From Camelus ferus (taxonomy: Eukaryota): a stretch of DNA of 64,000 nucleotides. The stretch spans positions 62,064,001 to 62,128,000 of the forward strand of contig NC_045697.1 of NCBI RefSeq assembly GCF_009834535.1, given 5' to 3'. The notes beneath the pieces are model-generated. The model worked only from the letters and a program-made list of their open reading frames with translations. It was not told where the DNA came from and made no database searches. Below, piece by piece: positions 35,691 through 49,069 of the stretch. Within the stretch, counting starts at the first letter, position 1, and every line of letters begins with the position of its first letter. Position numbers and translations under genes: made by a program.

Positions 35691-37799
35691 TAACTGACTT
35701 CTGTTCCTGTGTTTTGTTCCTCTTGACTGCAACCTTTATTCACTATATAACCTGAAGCAAAGTCCCCAAGCTGATTCTGTCTTAATATCTCCATCTATGA
35801 AATGGAAAAATAGTGGCTCCTTGGTGGGGTCACAAATAAAAGGAAACGATTCCTGGAGCTACATTTTTTCTCTGTTGTGAGCTCTTCAAAGGAAGAAAGG
35901 GCCTTCAGACCAGACACTTAAGTTCCATTTTCTGTGCTAATTCATATTAATCCTACAAGACTCAAATAATGGAATAATGGAAGAGAGACATAACAGAGGG
36001 AAGGGAACTAGGGAATATCTTGGAATCAGGTTGAAGTGTAAGCCATTGAACCAACAAAAATGTGTGTACCCATCCACAACTGGAAGGTATTAGGGTTAGA
36101 TTACTCACCTGGATTATAATACTGTGGAATGTATGTGACTACTAATAAGTGGTCGCTTATAAATAAAAGGTTTGGTGAGAGTGAGAATAACAATGGCATT
36201 CCTTTTTCCTTTTGAGCTAGAGAAAATCCAAAGACAAGTAGTGCTGAATTATCAGAGTAGGGAAAAAATCAGTAACAGGCTATGTGTATACAACTAAATC
36301 ATTCAGATCACATTGGAATTCGACAAGAAATTTTTATTATCATATATCAAATTGGTTTGAGACATGAGTTACTTTAATCACCCTTTTATGTCAGATAGGA
36401 GTAATAATTAGAGTGGAGATTTGGACAGGAGATTTAATATTTTCTATTCAGGAGGAAGAACTACGGGAAAGTACAATTATAGAGAAGTTAGCATGCTAGG
36501 CAGGACAGAGTGAGCCATTAAATGACACAGTGGTCTCTCCCTTTCTCCCTTATTAAAGACAAAAGAAATTTTTAATAAAGTAATGTAGTCACTTGCAGAA
36601 AGCCAAAATGAGTCCAGTGTGAAACATTTCTGTGTAACTAAGTCATCTTGGTTTCTATGGAATTGAATTTTAGAATTTATTGAGAAAATAATAATTAAAA
36701 GTAAATACCCTCTAAATAATTTATTACAGTCTTATGATGCTCATATTTGTTAACTAGATAAACAGGCAAAATTTTGCTGCTACAGGAACATACATTGCAG
36801 CTAACGTAGTTGTTCTATATGTTGCAATGCTGAAAAATGTTTTTAATTAAGTGATATTAATGTAGGTGCAAATAGAATTCTTTGGGACTGTTTCCTCTTA
36901 TAAAGAGGCTTTAAATATTAAGTGAAGGAAAATGCAAACTACCTTAGTTTGTCCATCTTAAAGATGAAAGTTGTATGACCTTGTGTCAAGGGAATGCAGT
37001 GGAGATTAATCAGCTAATTAGGTCTTTGTTGCATCCAGTATTATGGAAGGCAAATTGTGCCTGAGGCCCTGGCTCAAGCCAACCATTTTATCTGAAACAC
37101 CAAGGTGTTTAAGTCGGCGCAAGAAACTGTTGCCAGATCAGGGCAAACAAACAAATAAACCATAATTAAAGATGTGGGTTAGTTCCTGGAGAATCAGGGA
37201 AACTTGCTCCTCTCTGGTGTTGTGGTCTCGTTAAGTCATTTGATGCCTTTGGGACTCGGTTTCCTAGTGAGGAGAATGGGAGAGGTTGATCTTCAAGGAG
37301 TTTTTCAACACTAAAATTCTATGGCCCGTAACTGTTAGTACCTAAGAGAGCAAACAAATCAATCTCCACATCAGAGACAGGGGCCAACTTGCAGAGGATG
37401 GAACCTTACTGTGTTCCATACTTCTCGGGTCCAAGCCAAGGTCGCTTGCAGCCACCAGCAGACCCAGGAAGCCCAGGAAGACCCTTAGAGGCTGAGAACC
37501 TAGTGGCAAATTCCCTAGATCTCCAGCAAGGTAGATAGATCTCTACCAGTACCTTCTTGACCTCCGTGACTCCCTTTCCAATCTGTTCCTGCAGTTAACT
37601 GAGTTGCCCCTTCAGGGTTTAGAATACACAAATGCCTCCTCCTTTCTTCACTCACACAAATGATGTGTTAGGTTACTTTCATTCTTCCACCCATTGTTTT
37701 TTCATTCATTCCCTGGTCTAGCACTTACTGAGCACCTACTATGGGCAGCTTTCTCACTAGGACCTAACCTCCTTTGACTAGAATGCTGTGTACAGTGAA

Positions 37800-38075
37800 G
37801 CCAATGTGCTGGTTTGTGATGGCCAGCAGTGTCTTCTCTGGAGTTAGACTGCCTGCATTCAAAACCCAGCTCTCCCACTTACTATGTTATTTTGAACAAG
37901 GGCTTCAAATTCTCTGTGCCTCAGTGCTCTCACCTGTTCTTATTTGAAATTAATAGTAGGAACTGCCTCATAAAGTTTTGCAGAGGGCTAAATAAGTCAA
38001 TCTGTGTTTAGTGCCTCAAAAAGTGCTTGATAAGATCTGATAAGCACTCAATAGAGGTTAGTTCCTATTATTATC
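37800..38075 (+). mobile_element. MIR SINE, near full length
   Basis: ctctggagttagactgcctgcattcaaaacccagctc...ctctgtgcctcagt...taagcactcaata. Confidence 0.9.
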
Positions 38076-38483
38076 TGAAAACTATCTGAATCAGTCTGAG
38101 ATCAGCAGCCCTCTGGCTGAGCTGTTGATGACATTTGACACAGTGCCTTCTATTTAAAACATGATATTTCATGGCTGTGGAGTTGTTTGTCCACTTCAAA
38201 AGGCCACTGGGAATAGATTTGAGGAGTATTTGTCACTGACAAGGATTAGTGAAGCAAGCAGAGTTGCTACCTCAGAGAGCTCAGGGCAATGACAGCCACT
38301 TTGTCCAAGCCTGAGCAGTAGCAAAAGGAGTGCCAACAGCCCAGAGAAAAGAGCCAGAGAGGAAGTATAGCCAGCCAAACCCAGGATGTCCTGAGGATTT
38401 GCTCTGGCCACTTTTTTGAAGGTTCAGAAGGCTGTGTTGCATATTTACCACGTTGGAAGCATTTGCCATATCCTGAACATTGA

Positions 38484-38660
38484 CAATAGTGGTAGTGATA
38501 GTAATAATTATTGTAGTAACAATAATAGTAATGGTAGTATTTGAAATAATAGTGATGATAGCAGGGGTAGTCAGTGGTAATAGAAATAAAAGTAACCGTG
38601 ATCAGGATAGTACTCATAGCAATAGGGTAGTAATCATAGTGGGGGTAGTAGCAACGGTGT
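38484..38660. repeat. Degenerate (TAG/TAA/TGG)n low-complexity tract
   Basis: atagtggtagtgatagtaataattattgtagtaacaataatagtaatggtag... Confidence 0.85.
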
Positions 38661-39319
38661 TGCAGTCACCACAGCAGTGCTGATAGCCATAGTGGCGCTG
38701 TTAGCCGCAGGAGTGAGTGCGGTAGAGTAACAGCTACACTTTTACAGAACCATTCAAAGCACTTTACCTTTATTAATTCAATGCGCACAATTACCCTATG
38801 AAGAAGGTATTATTATAAGTGTCCATTTTACAATAGTGCCTATAACATTGTGAATTATTTCTGTTCTAACCAATACCAAACTTGATGATGCTAGTTCTAA
38901 CAGTATCTCATTAAGACTGTGGCCTGTTCAACTCAAATCCTCCTGATTCCACTCACTGAAGCTCCCTCCTCATTTATGTTAGCTAAAGCCCCAGGGCCTC
39001 TGCACCCTTGTAGTTGCCTCTGGTAGGAAAGACATTCATTATGCAACGTGAAATTGCTTGTTTGCTTTTAATAGAGGTGTATCTTGGCAAGAAAGAGTGG
39101 GGGAAAGGTGTTGCCCTCTGATGGTGGGTACTTTATAAAGTGGTTGGCTGAAGTGCTAGAAGGAAAGGTGATGTTGTCCCTCACCTCCTTCTTGGGGAGG
39201 CAGAGTTAGCACCTCAGTGACAAGAGAGTCCTGTCCTTGACTTTCTATCACAGCTTCCCTTCACACGACTCGTTCTTTCCCTTCAATGAATTAAGAAGTC
39301 TTTAGAAAAGCTATTTCAA

Positions 39320-39530
39320 GTAGTGGTTAAGAGTCAGATATACTGGTGTGCACATGTCAGCTCCCTCACTACCTGAATGGCTCTCAGACTCAGTTTCCTC
39401 CTCTGGAAAATGAGAATAATTATTACTTTGTAGAGTCGCTGTAAGAAATGAGACAGAGGCACCTCAAGAGGCTGACTCAGCACTTGGCACGTGTTAAGCC
39501 TTAATAACTATTACCCATTACTATTACTGT
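39320..39530 (+). mobile_element. MIR SINE
   Basis: gtagtggttaagag...ctcagtttcctcctctggaaaatgagaataat. Confidence 0.85.
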
Positions 39531-39708
39531 GGTTACTGCCATTATTCTTTTCCTTCAAACTATTAAATCCATTACTGTCATGAATAAATACCCAAGTAAT
39601 TCTTGCCTCCCCCCAAATTATTAAATCATGCTACCCAAATACTCAGAAAATAAAATTTTAGGTCTGTAGTGTCAGGGAATCATCCAGATCTCCACTCCTC
39701 CAAAATGC

Positions 39709-40143
39709 TGTATTAGTCTCCTGTTGCTACTGTAACAAATGACCACAAACATAATGGCTTAGAACAACATAAACTTATTATCTTACAGTTCTGGAAGTCA
39801 GAAGACTAAAATGGGTTGTCAGGAGGGTCTAGAGGGAAATATATTTCTGGCCCTTTCCAGCTTCTAGAGGCTACCTGCATTCCTTGGCTCATGACCTTAC
39901 ATCACTCTAATCTCTGCTTCCATCATCACTTCTTCTTTGACTCTCTTACCTTCCTCTTTCCCTTTTTGGTCTTTGTAAGGGAAAGAGGGGCCCACGCAGA
40001 TAATTCAGGATAATCTCCCCAACTCAAGATCCTTAACTTAATCACCTCAGCAAAGTCCCCTTTGCCACATAAATTAACATATTCACAGGTTCCAGGGATT
40101 AAGATGTGAATACCGTTGAGGGGCCATTATTCTGCCTACCACA
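39709..40143 (-). mobile_element. MaLR LTR (MLT1D-like)
   Basis: tgtattagt...gtaacaaatgaccacaaac ... gggccattattctgcctaccaca; 5-bp TSD aatgc/gatgc. Confidence 0.92.
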
Positions 40144-41275
40144 GATGCCACAAAGGACTAGCCATAGAAAACACTGAGTTGTCTCCACAGAGTTCCCCAT
40201 TGCTTAAACAGTGTTTACATGTTCATTTCTGATCCTCTGTCCTCCTCTGATCCTCAGTGTGGTACCAAACTTCTCTGAGGGTCAGTTTCCACATATACCA
40301 AATAGGAATGGCCACACTGTATGTCATCAGATTATTTGGGGAATAACGAATATTCTTGGGTTGTAAAATGCTCAGCAAATTTTAGAATAAAATGCTGCTT
40401 TAAAAAAATGAACAAATAATAATTTAACTGTCTCACAAGTCAATTAATAGACTCAAACTGCTCTGAGATCTTTGGATAAAAGGCAGTCTTCCGATGCCAA
40501 GTATACGTTGGTATTTCGCATTTGCCCTCTCTTTCAGCCATATATCAAAAGCACAATTTAGTTCATTTCTTCTCTCTTAGATAAACTATCTAATTTTCTG
40601 CTCCTGTGGTTTCCCTGAATGTCTCCCTCTCCCCAAGCCTTCGAGTGGGAGAAGTGTAGCTCATTTTCTTCACCGGGTGTTCTGTGGGTGAATGGATATG
40701 GCCTCTATGACAAGTCTTTTTCTCTCCCTTTGTTCTTTTGCTGCGTCTGACTTGGTATTTTTGCTGTGTAGTTGTGAGTTTGCCACCTCTCTTTTGAGCT
40801 TCATCAGAGGCTGCTCCAGCCTGCTACATAGGTTTCTTTCTAGTTTCACAGTCTCCAGGGGAAATGGAGTCGATATGGCTGTTCACCTGCTGAATTAAGA
40901 GTTTGCCCTCATACACGTGCTGTATTGTTTTATTCCAGTTACAGGGAGCATGCAGCGATTGTACTTCCATGGACTCCCACATAAAAATGGAGAAGAAACC
41001 ACTGTGTGTCCTTCAGAATCCCTTATGCATTGCCTTTGCTGCCTGCAGGTGGGCAGGGATATATACCTACTATATCCAGAGAAAAATGTACAGATGACTC
41101 CACCTTTTGAAGCTTTCCCAGAAACCAAGACCTGTGGAGAAATAAACTTCTACTCGCTTTTTAAAAAACAAACCAAAAGTTGCATCACATTTTTTTAACA
41201 TCAAAAAAGACATGGCTGCATTTAGAATAATGTGATTCCCCTTAATCTCCTTTGCAGGAAAAAATGGTTATGTAG

Positions 41276-42353
41276 ATGTATCAATCACCATTTAGATAGT
41301 TCAGACAGAGAGAATTTAGCATAGGAAAAAAGTGACAAAGGTGATGAAAATGCTGCGAAGGGGAAGGTGGCATTACCCAGAGATTGGCAGCTGCAGAAAG
41401 TTGCCATTGCTCCCATAGCTGGAGGAGTAAATGGGGTGAATATGATGTTACCCAGAGTCTACCAGCACACACTGACTACCGAGGTTGGAACTGATGGCTC
41501 TACTGTTATATTAGTTATCCATTGCTATTGTGTAACAAATTACCTCAAATATTACGCTTTGAAACAACAGACATTTACTACCTCACAGTTTCTGTGGGTT
41601 AGGAATCTGGGCATGGCTTAGCTGAGTCCTTTCTCAGCTCCAGGGTCTCTTCCAGGCTGCTGTCAAGGTGTTGGTGAGGCTATACTCATCTGAAGGCTTA
41701 AATGGGAAAGGATACACATTCAGGTTCATGTAGATGTTGGCAGGATTCAGTTGCTTGTAAGCTGGTAGACCTCAGTTCCTTGCTAGCTATTGGCCAGAGA
41801 CCACCCTCAGTTCCTTGCCACATGGGTTTCATGAACAGGGTCACTTGCTTCATCAAAGCATGCAAGCTGAGAAGGCAATAGAGGGAGCCTTCTAACAAGA
41901 CTGGTAGTCAAAATCTTTTGTAACCAATCAGAGAAGTGGCATCCTTCAACATGGGCATATTTTATTGGTCAGCAGCAAGTTACTTAGGGGAAAGGATTAC
42001 ACAAGGCCATGAATACCAAGAGGCAATGATCACTGGAGGCCATTTTTGAGGTTATTGATCCTAGCTGCTTAGCAGGAACCCAGGAGACCAAGCTCCTACT
42101 GACGATACTGGAACCACCCCTAATGCTACTGGAGCCCCAGTCACTCACAGCACCATTCACTGCTATCATTATCACAGCCAAATGAATGGACTTCTCTTCC
42201 TACCACTTTCTAATCTCCCCTAAATATTCCCATTGACAAACCCTACCTCAAATCCACTACCAAGGGAGACTAGAAAATTTTCCAGCAGGTTGCAATTCAG
42301 ATGAGAAGAAATAAGGATAAGAATAGGACTAACAACCGAAAATAGCTGGCATA
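41276..42353 (-). mobile_element. Ancient ERVL-type LTR hosting an MLT1 insertion
   Basis: tgtatcaatca...acagagagaattta start; ttcccattgacaaaccc...caagggagactagaaaat...gctggcata end; subfamily uncertain. Confidence 0.5.
41507..42052 (-). mobile_element. MaLR LTR (MLT1E/MLT1F-like)
   Basis: tattagttatccattgct...ctcacagtttctgtgggttaggaatctggg...ggattacacaaggccatgaatacc. Confidence 0.9.
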
Positions 42354-42659
42354 CTAGAAAAAGGTTGTTTCCAGCCATTTCCATACCTTCCCACCCCACC
42401 TACTCTTTTAAAAGTCTTTCTAGTCCCTCTATTTTAATCAACTGATGCCCCAATGTTGTCTGCTCTACATGTAAGACCACCCTCCACTGGAACATTCCCC
42501 CTTGGGCTTGCTTTCTCATATTATACTCCAGGTTTCCATCCTTTCCTGCCTCTTTGCCTTTCCTCTACCTTCATAGCTTAGCTATCCTATGTTCCCTGTC
42601 CAACCCCCTCAGAAATCTTATTTTTGCCGAGTAAACTGGATGATAATGGGAAGTTTTTT

Positions 42660-42830
42660 AGATGATTCAGTTCAGCAAAGTCTATTAGAGAGATGCTGTT
42701 TCAGGCATTACGCTAGGGGCTAAGAATGCAAAGACAAAAAGAAATAGTTCCTGCCCTTGAAGAGTATGCAGTTATGCCAGGGACACATGCTATAAAACAA
42801 AGTGATAAGTGCTACAATACAGGTACATTC
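42660..42830 (-). mobile_element. L2 3' fragment
   Basis: attcagttcagcaaag...caggcattacgctagggg...tagttcctgcccttgaagag. Confidence 0.7.
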
Positions 42831-43596
42831 TGACAGATTGATTGACAAACCATAAAAATCTGTACTCGATTGGCTGTAGGTTATCTGCATTCTTGCTTCT
42901 TGCTGGAAAAAAAATACAACCTTGAACTTTCAGTCATATAACCCTTATCAAATATACTTACAATAAATAATTTATGGAGGTTTACCTAAAAGACAAACAG
43001 CCCATCTAGTACTTTAGATATCCTAAAATTTACTATTCATGTACATGGAAGCATAATTCAGTTTAAAAAAAAATTGTAAAGAGCCAAAACAACATGAGTC
43101 ACAGCTTTGTTTTCACATCTCAGTGGTAACGCTTTTACTTGGCTGTACTCTGGTGTTTCATCATCTGCCTAGATGGAGCAACATTTTAAAACCGCTGAAT
43201 GGAATTAAGTATGTACTCAATATAGGAATATTGAAAGTGTCCTCCCCTACATCACACTGTGCTCATTTTCAAAGGACCCCATGGAGACGTTCTTCTCAGA
43301 TCTCAGATTCAGGAAGAACTTTCTCAGAACAGCTCATTTGTTTTTATCTTACAGATAGAGCAAAATCTTGTAATTCATCATGTTTCCCTTTTTGCTTTAG
43401 CTGTCAGTAGGTTAAATCCAAATGTGTAGTCCTCTTTGAGCAACTCTACCAGAGTGGGTGGTAGGCATTTATTTTGCTGCCCTTGTTTCCCCTTGATCCC
43501 AAATCCTCCCTCCTTCATCTTTTTGTATATTGGTAAGGTATCTCAAATTCTCTGCAGACTGAGGAGGTTTATGTTAAGTACAAGTAAATTGTACAG

Positions 43597-43649
43597 GTAT
43601 GTGTATGTGTGTGTATATATATGTGTGTGTGTGTGTGTGTATGTATATA

Positions 43650-43693
<44 letters not shown>
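43597..43693. repeat. Compound (TG)n/(TA)n microsatellite
   Basis: Seen directly; ~97 bp of alternating purine-pyrimidine. Confidence 0.97.
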
Positions 43694-45624
43694 GCTATTT
43701 CTACTTGGGAAGAAGGATCAAGAAAATCATAGGAAGTGATATTTGATCTTAACCCTGGAAAATAATGACAATTATCTAGTCTGAGAAGTTCTTCCCAGGC
43801 CAAGTGAATGATATGAACAAAGACTTAGACACCTAAAGATGCGCATGGGTTTATAAGACCAGATATAGAGAAAGGCAGGATATAACACTTATATATTTAT
43901 TTTCCTAGGAATGCATTATCCCTCCCAGTTAGAAGAGTACATAGCCTATTAAAATGCATCTTTAAACTCATAAATCCTTAAGGAGTAACTGATAGCAGTT
44001 TCTATCAGAAGAAAAAAAAAGGTTTCTTTTGATCAAGTAAGTAGTTTTTTTTTTTTTAATTCAAATTACAAGGGCTTCCCATGCTATCTACAGGTTGGCT
44101 AACCTAGATGCTAAGTCACCAAGAGTGACAATAGCTGTCACAGACCTCTCCCAGAATGTGTATAGCCATGGTGAAACCAGAGAGCCCACCCACCAAAGCC
44201 CAGTACATAGTCTTCTGCTCCTGCAAAGACATCCCCTAGCCTGTAGTAAGGGCAGAAAGAGCTCCACGGGGTAAGGACAGAAGATCCTAAACACAGGGAA
44301 TACTGATGTATTGTTTGGTACCTACAGAACTTCAAGCAAGTTACTTCCCCCCTTGCTAGCCCTCATTTTCTTCTTACAATTTAGATCTCTGAGATCCAAT
44401 GTTTTTAGCCAATCTCATTATTCTATAATCACACTGCCTATCTTGACAATTTGTGATATTCATTGATTTTCCCAGTCTATAAACCATCTATATATATATA
44501 TATCACCATAGACTCCCAGTAGCTAGAGATGACTTTAAAAATGAGTCAGTCATCATGCTTCAGGCAGGAAATTAAGGCTTGTAATGTTGAAGTATGAATA
44601 ATTTTAGTACCTTTCATTACTTTGATTTCTTTTTTTCTGGTAAATATTACAATTATTTAGGCAGCTAAAAACGTTATGTTAAAATGTCAGTGAATACAGT
44701 AACAAATCTTGCTCTTAAATGAGTCCCCATCAAAGCATCATGCAAACAGCAATTTGCTGGGATCACGCATGAAAAAACATGGGGCTATTTGAGGATTTGG
44801 GGTGATTTCCAGTCTGAAAAGTGGCCTATTTGAGAAGAAAGAACCGTCTCCTGGAAGGAATTAATAGAGCAATGGCATTTGTTGTTAGTTAAGTAAATTT
44901 CAAGATTTTTAAGTTTTGCTTTTTATAAATACCAAAGAAGGAAAATTGGGTTAACTCTGATTGTGGTTTACCATTAGCTTTAATGGAGAGCTTTAGGCTA
45001 GCCTAGGACCCAAAATGAGGAAAAGTGTCATGTGGGGAACACACAGGGTATTCAAAAGAAACTATGTCTGTTATTCCCAAGAGAGTCTGGTGCTGGCCTA
45101 AACAAGCATCCGTCTGAGTGCAAGCAAAGCACTAGCCTGGAAAGGCTTTGGCAGCAAAAGGGATCCACAGAAAGAAGCAGTGAGGCAAAATGGCGGTCCT
45201 TGAATATGACTGAAGGGAAACCCTGCCATGAGAAGTCTAGCTCTGACATGTTCACGTGTACATCGCTCTTGTTAATCCCACCTCAGACCTAGCCCTGGCC
45301 TCCCACCCACCACGCATTCATCCTGCCACCTCCAATCTTCACCTGTGCTCATGACATTGAACTAAGTACTCAGTAAACTTCTTCAGAAGGTCTTAAGACT
45401 TTGTCTTTCTTTATTGATTTGCATGTGCAGGTTAGGTCTTTCTGGGTTCTCCCCTGTGCCTGAGATTTACGCAGTTTTCACTAGGCAACTAGCTGTGTGT
45501 AGCTATTACCTAGACTTTCCCCAGGTGACTTAGGCTGAGAATGTAAACACTTAGAACATTTATTTTTTTAAACCTACCTCATGTGACAAAAGGCTAAAAT
45601 GCTTAACAGTCAATTAAAAAATTC

Positions 45625-46420
45625 TAACAATTTTTGGAAAAGCAAATATATGAAGAGATATTTAACTGAAAAAGAAATGCAAGTATCTTTAAAACATGAA
45701 AGAGTGTTCAAACTCTCTCATAATGAGAGAAAAATAAGTTAGAACAGTAAAACACTATTTTTTTCCATACCAGATTGGAAAATATTAGAAATTTTATAAT
45801 ATATAGTAAGGCAGAGAGGAAACCAACAGTTTTGTGACCCATTGATGGAAATATAAATTGTTGTAATCCCATTGTAGGACAGTTAGTTAATTACTGAAAT
45901 CTCAAATCTATATATACTTTGACCCTTCATTTTCACATTTAAGAATTTATCCTTCAAAAAATGCTGTATTACATGTAAGTAAAAATACGTTGCGAATACA
46001 AACTTGTGGTTGCCAAGGGGGCAGAGGGTGGGAAGGGATAGATGGGATTTCAAAATTGTAGGATAGATAAACAAGATTATACTGTATAGCACAGGGAATA
46101 TACACAAGATCTTATGGTTGCTCACAGAGAAAAAAATGTGACAATGAATATATATATGTTCATGTATAACTGAAAAATTGTGCTCTACACTGGAATTTGA
46201 CACAACATTGTAAAATGATTATAAATCAATAAAAAATGTTAAAAAAATAGGTTGCTAGGATACTTATTGCAATATTATCATAATAAAAACAGAATACACC
46301 ATAAGTGACAACCAATATTTGGAGACCTCCAAATGTCCAAGCTTCTATGCAGTTATTAAAAGGGATGAGGTAGATCTCTACCAAAAGATGTCCAAAATAG
46401 GCTGTTAAATGAAAAAGAGG
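45625..46420 (+). mobile_element. Old L1 (L1ME/L1MC-like) fragment
   Basis: aaacatgaaagagtgttcaaactctctcataat...tggaaatataaattg...atgcagttattaaaagggatgaggtagatc. Confidence 0.7.
45994..46242 (+). mobile_element. Young camelid-type L1 3' end nested in the old L1
   Basis: gaatacaaacttgtggttgccaaggg...aaattgtgctctacactggaatttgacac; TSD aaaaata(c/g)gttgc at 45981-45993 and 46243-46255. Confidence 0.93.
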
Positions 46421-47275
46421 CTTGACTGTGTCATGGGCAACACCTTGTTATTTGCCCCCAGTACAACGTTACTCAGACCCCATCTGGGGCCCAGAACTCA
46501 TACAATCAAAGAATCCCACCTTCTGGCAGCATGCCAAGTCAGTACAGGTAATATCTGGATATTTGATAAGGATTAAAGAGAGAGTAAATCTCCTCAGGCA
46601 AGTATCAGTCTCTTAGTGTTCTAAAATTTCCATCTCATTGTACTGAAAACATACCAAAGTCTGATTTTGCCCAGAGAGAAGAGACTGCCTAAATTTGGCA
46701 GGCCCTAGAACAATGTCTTATTTCCATAATAGAAAAATAAAGTTAAATGAAATAAAGTATAAAAGCCTTTCGTATTACTTTGTTAGTAAAAATAAACAAT
46801 AAAACACTAATTACCAATAGTTTTCTGATACATTTAAATAAAAATAGTCTAAAACAACCAACTCTCTTTTATAAAACTTCAACTCTCTTCTCTCATTGCT
46901 TAATAGAATTTTTTTTCCTCTGCTTTAAGAAAAAGCTTTAACTTTCTTTCACTAAAATTTGGGTATCAAATAACTTGTCCACAGTTCCCTAGATGCTAGC
47001 TTAGGGCAGCAGCTCTTGGAGTTCATTGATTTGCTGCTAGCAAATTGGAGGATTTAAGGTGTGACTTCCATATGTTGCTAGCTGGTGATCAGGCCTCACT
47101 GGGGTCTCCACAAATGGGAAAAGAATTGCTTCCTGCTAATCTCAGGCAGCTGCACTGCATTCACATCCATTTCCTCACTGATCTTAAACAGAAAGAATAC
47201 AGGGAAAGATTATGTTTCATTCTCCCACTGCGTCTACATAAAGCCCAACTGCCGTCACTTTCTGATCAGCAAGAT

Positions 47276-47289
47276 GTTACCTTGGCAAC
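47276..47289. promoter_or_regulatory. RFX X-box-like site
   Basis: GTTACCTTGGCAAC, 12/14 to the palindrome GTTGCCATGGCAAC, in repeat-free DNA. Confidence 0.45.
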
Positions 47290-47412
47290 TGCTTTGTACA
47301 ATTCTTATTCCTCCCTCCTTTGAAGCTCATCAGTTGTGCAAAATTTATTTTGCTTGTTAATGACTAAGACAAGATATTAGCCAGCCTGACTGGTTCTGTG
47401 GTTCTTCCAGAT

Positions 47413-47702
47413 AAAGGCTATAAAACCAGCAGCCCAGGGGCCAAATTCAACACTTGGGTATGTTTGACCACAAAAAGTTTTGGGCTTCGTTTTTAATTTT
47501 TTTTAATGTAAGTCAACATGTACAAACCAGAAGATCTGACATGAAAATCCAAATTTCCAGTTCTCTTTTAAAATATTTAGATTTGAAAACACTGGGCCCA
47601 CATTCTCAACAATCAGCTGTAGCTTAGTACACTTTGCTGCCTTCCACTCAGCCCACTTCCCTTGGTTAGACAACCTGGTAGGCATTTGGGTTGTGACCCC
47701 TG
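47413..47702. mobile_element. hAT-Charlie element (MER102-like)
   Basis: aaaatccaaatttccagttctc...aacactgggcccacattc...ggcatttgggttgtgacccctg. Confidence 0.7.
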
Positions 47703-47944
47703 TTCTAGGATATATGCCCTTTAAACAATGAAAATATTTAGAACTTAACAAAAGTTGTTTCTAAACAAAGATGTTTCTCTTCAAACTTCAATGGAACTTC
47801 AAACTCACCAAATGTCTTCCCAACTGCACCAATTCTTCTGACATTTGTTCTTAACTTTCAGCCACCATTCCTAATTAAAGCAAATAACTTACAATACTTC
47901 GAGGGCTTAACCAAGAAAAACTGAGGAAACAACTCCTGTCTACT

Positions 47945-48520
47945 AAGCAGTTACGGTGGCAGTAAAGTTGGTAAAGAAGACAGTGGTCCTCAAACTTGAG
48001 CATGCATTAGAATCACCTGGAGAGCTTGTTAAAACATATTCCTGGATCTGAGTTTCTGATTCAGTAGGTCTTGGATGAAGTGTGAGAATTTACATTTCTA
48101 ACATGTCCCAGTGATGCTGATGCTCCTGGACATACTTTTGAGTATCACTGAATCTCACTGTAAATGTATAGTGGCCAAATACAATAGAAGTTTCTCTCAC
48201 GAAAAAATCCAAAGCAAGTTTTCCACATTCAGTGATGCAGGGATCCAAGCTCCTTTGAGCTTACATTTCTACTAACCACTTGGACCATATACATATAGAG
48301 GAGGGAAAGTTATCCAGAAATTGGACCACTTTTTAAAAGCTTTGGCACGGAAGTGCCACATATCACTTCCACTTACATCTCATTGGTGAAAACTAATCAC
48401 ATGACCATATCTGGATGCAAAGGGTGATGGGAAATATAGTCCCCAGCAGGACAGCCACTTCCCAATAACAATTCTACTAAATGGAAGGGAGACCACACTT
48501 TTTGTGGACATCTTCACTGC
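47945..48520 (-). mobile_element. MaLR LTR (MLT1J-like) spanning a MER5A
   Basis: gaagtgccacatatcacttcc...cattggtgaaaactaatcacatgacc...gggaaatatagtcc. Confidence 0.75.
47981..48150. mobile_element. MER5A hAT MITE
   Basis: cagtggtcctcaaactt...agaatcacctggagagcttgttaaaac...tttgagtatcactg. Confidence 0.92.
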
Positions 48521-49069
48521 AGCAGTTGTGAATATGGCTTGCTCTTCCTCTGCTAACTTCCTTCCCCATTACCAGAAGACTCCTCTCCCTTCTCGTTGCC
48601 CATTCAAACCTCAACACCCTTCTAGTTCTATTTCACTTCCACCAGAATTCCTACTTTAAAAATTACAGTCTTTTATCTTGGGAAAAGCTAAAGTAACTTT
48701 CCCCAAAGAATTTGTTATTTCCTTGAGGATATTTATTTTGATCATTGTAACTTCAAAGAACAAGGTTCATTCCAGTTAATCAGGAAAATATCATCTGTTT
48801 ACATTTTGAAAGTTTCTAATTAAAGACTTACTGGAGTCAAGTATCACATCAAATTATCTTTCCAAAAAATAACAAAGAGACAAAGGAAATAAGTAATAAA
48901 AAGTGCCTAAAATAATTAATACTGCAACATTATAAGCTAGCTACTCTCCTTGTGGTGAATTAATACTTTCTGAAGTCATCTCTAACTCTTGGCATCTAAA
49001 GTGAGTTATAGAGGTGATCTGTGAGCTTCTAAAATCAATTAAAACTAACAATGTGAAAATAAAATGAAA

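Noticed and set aside
38267..38683. Tyr/His-rich and Val/Ile-rich ORFs
   Set aside because: Translations of a degenerate trinucleotide low-complexity tract
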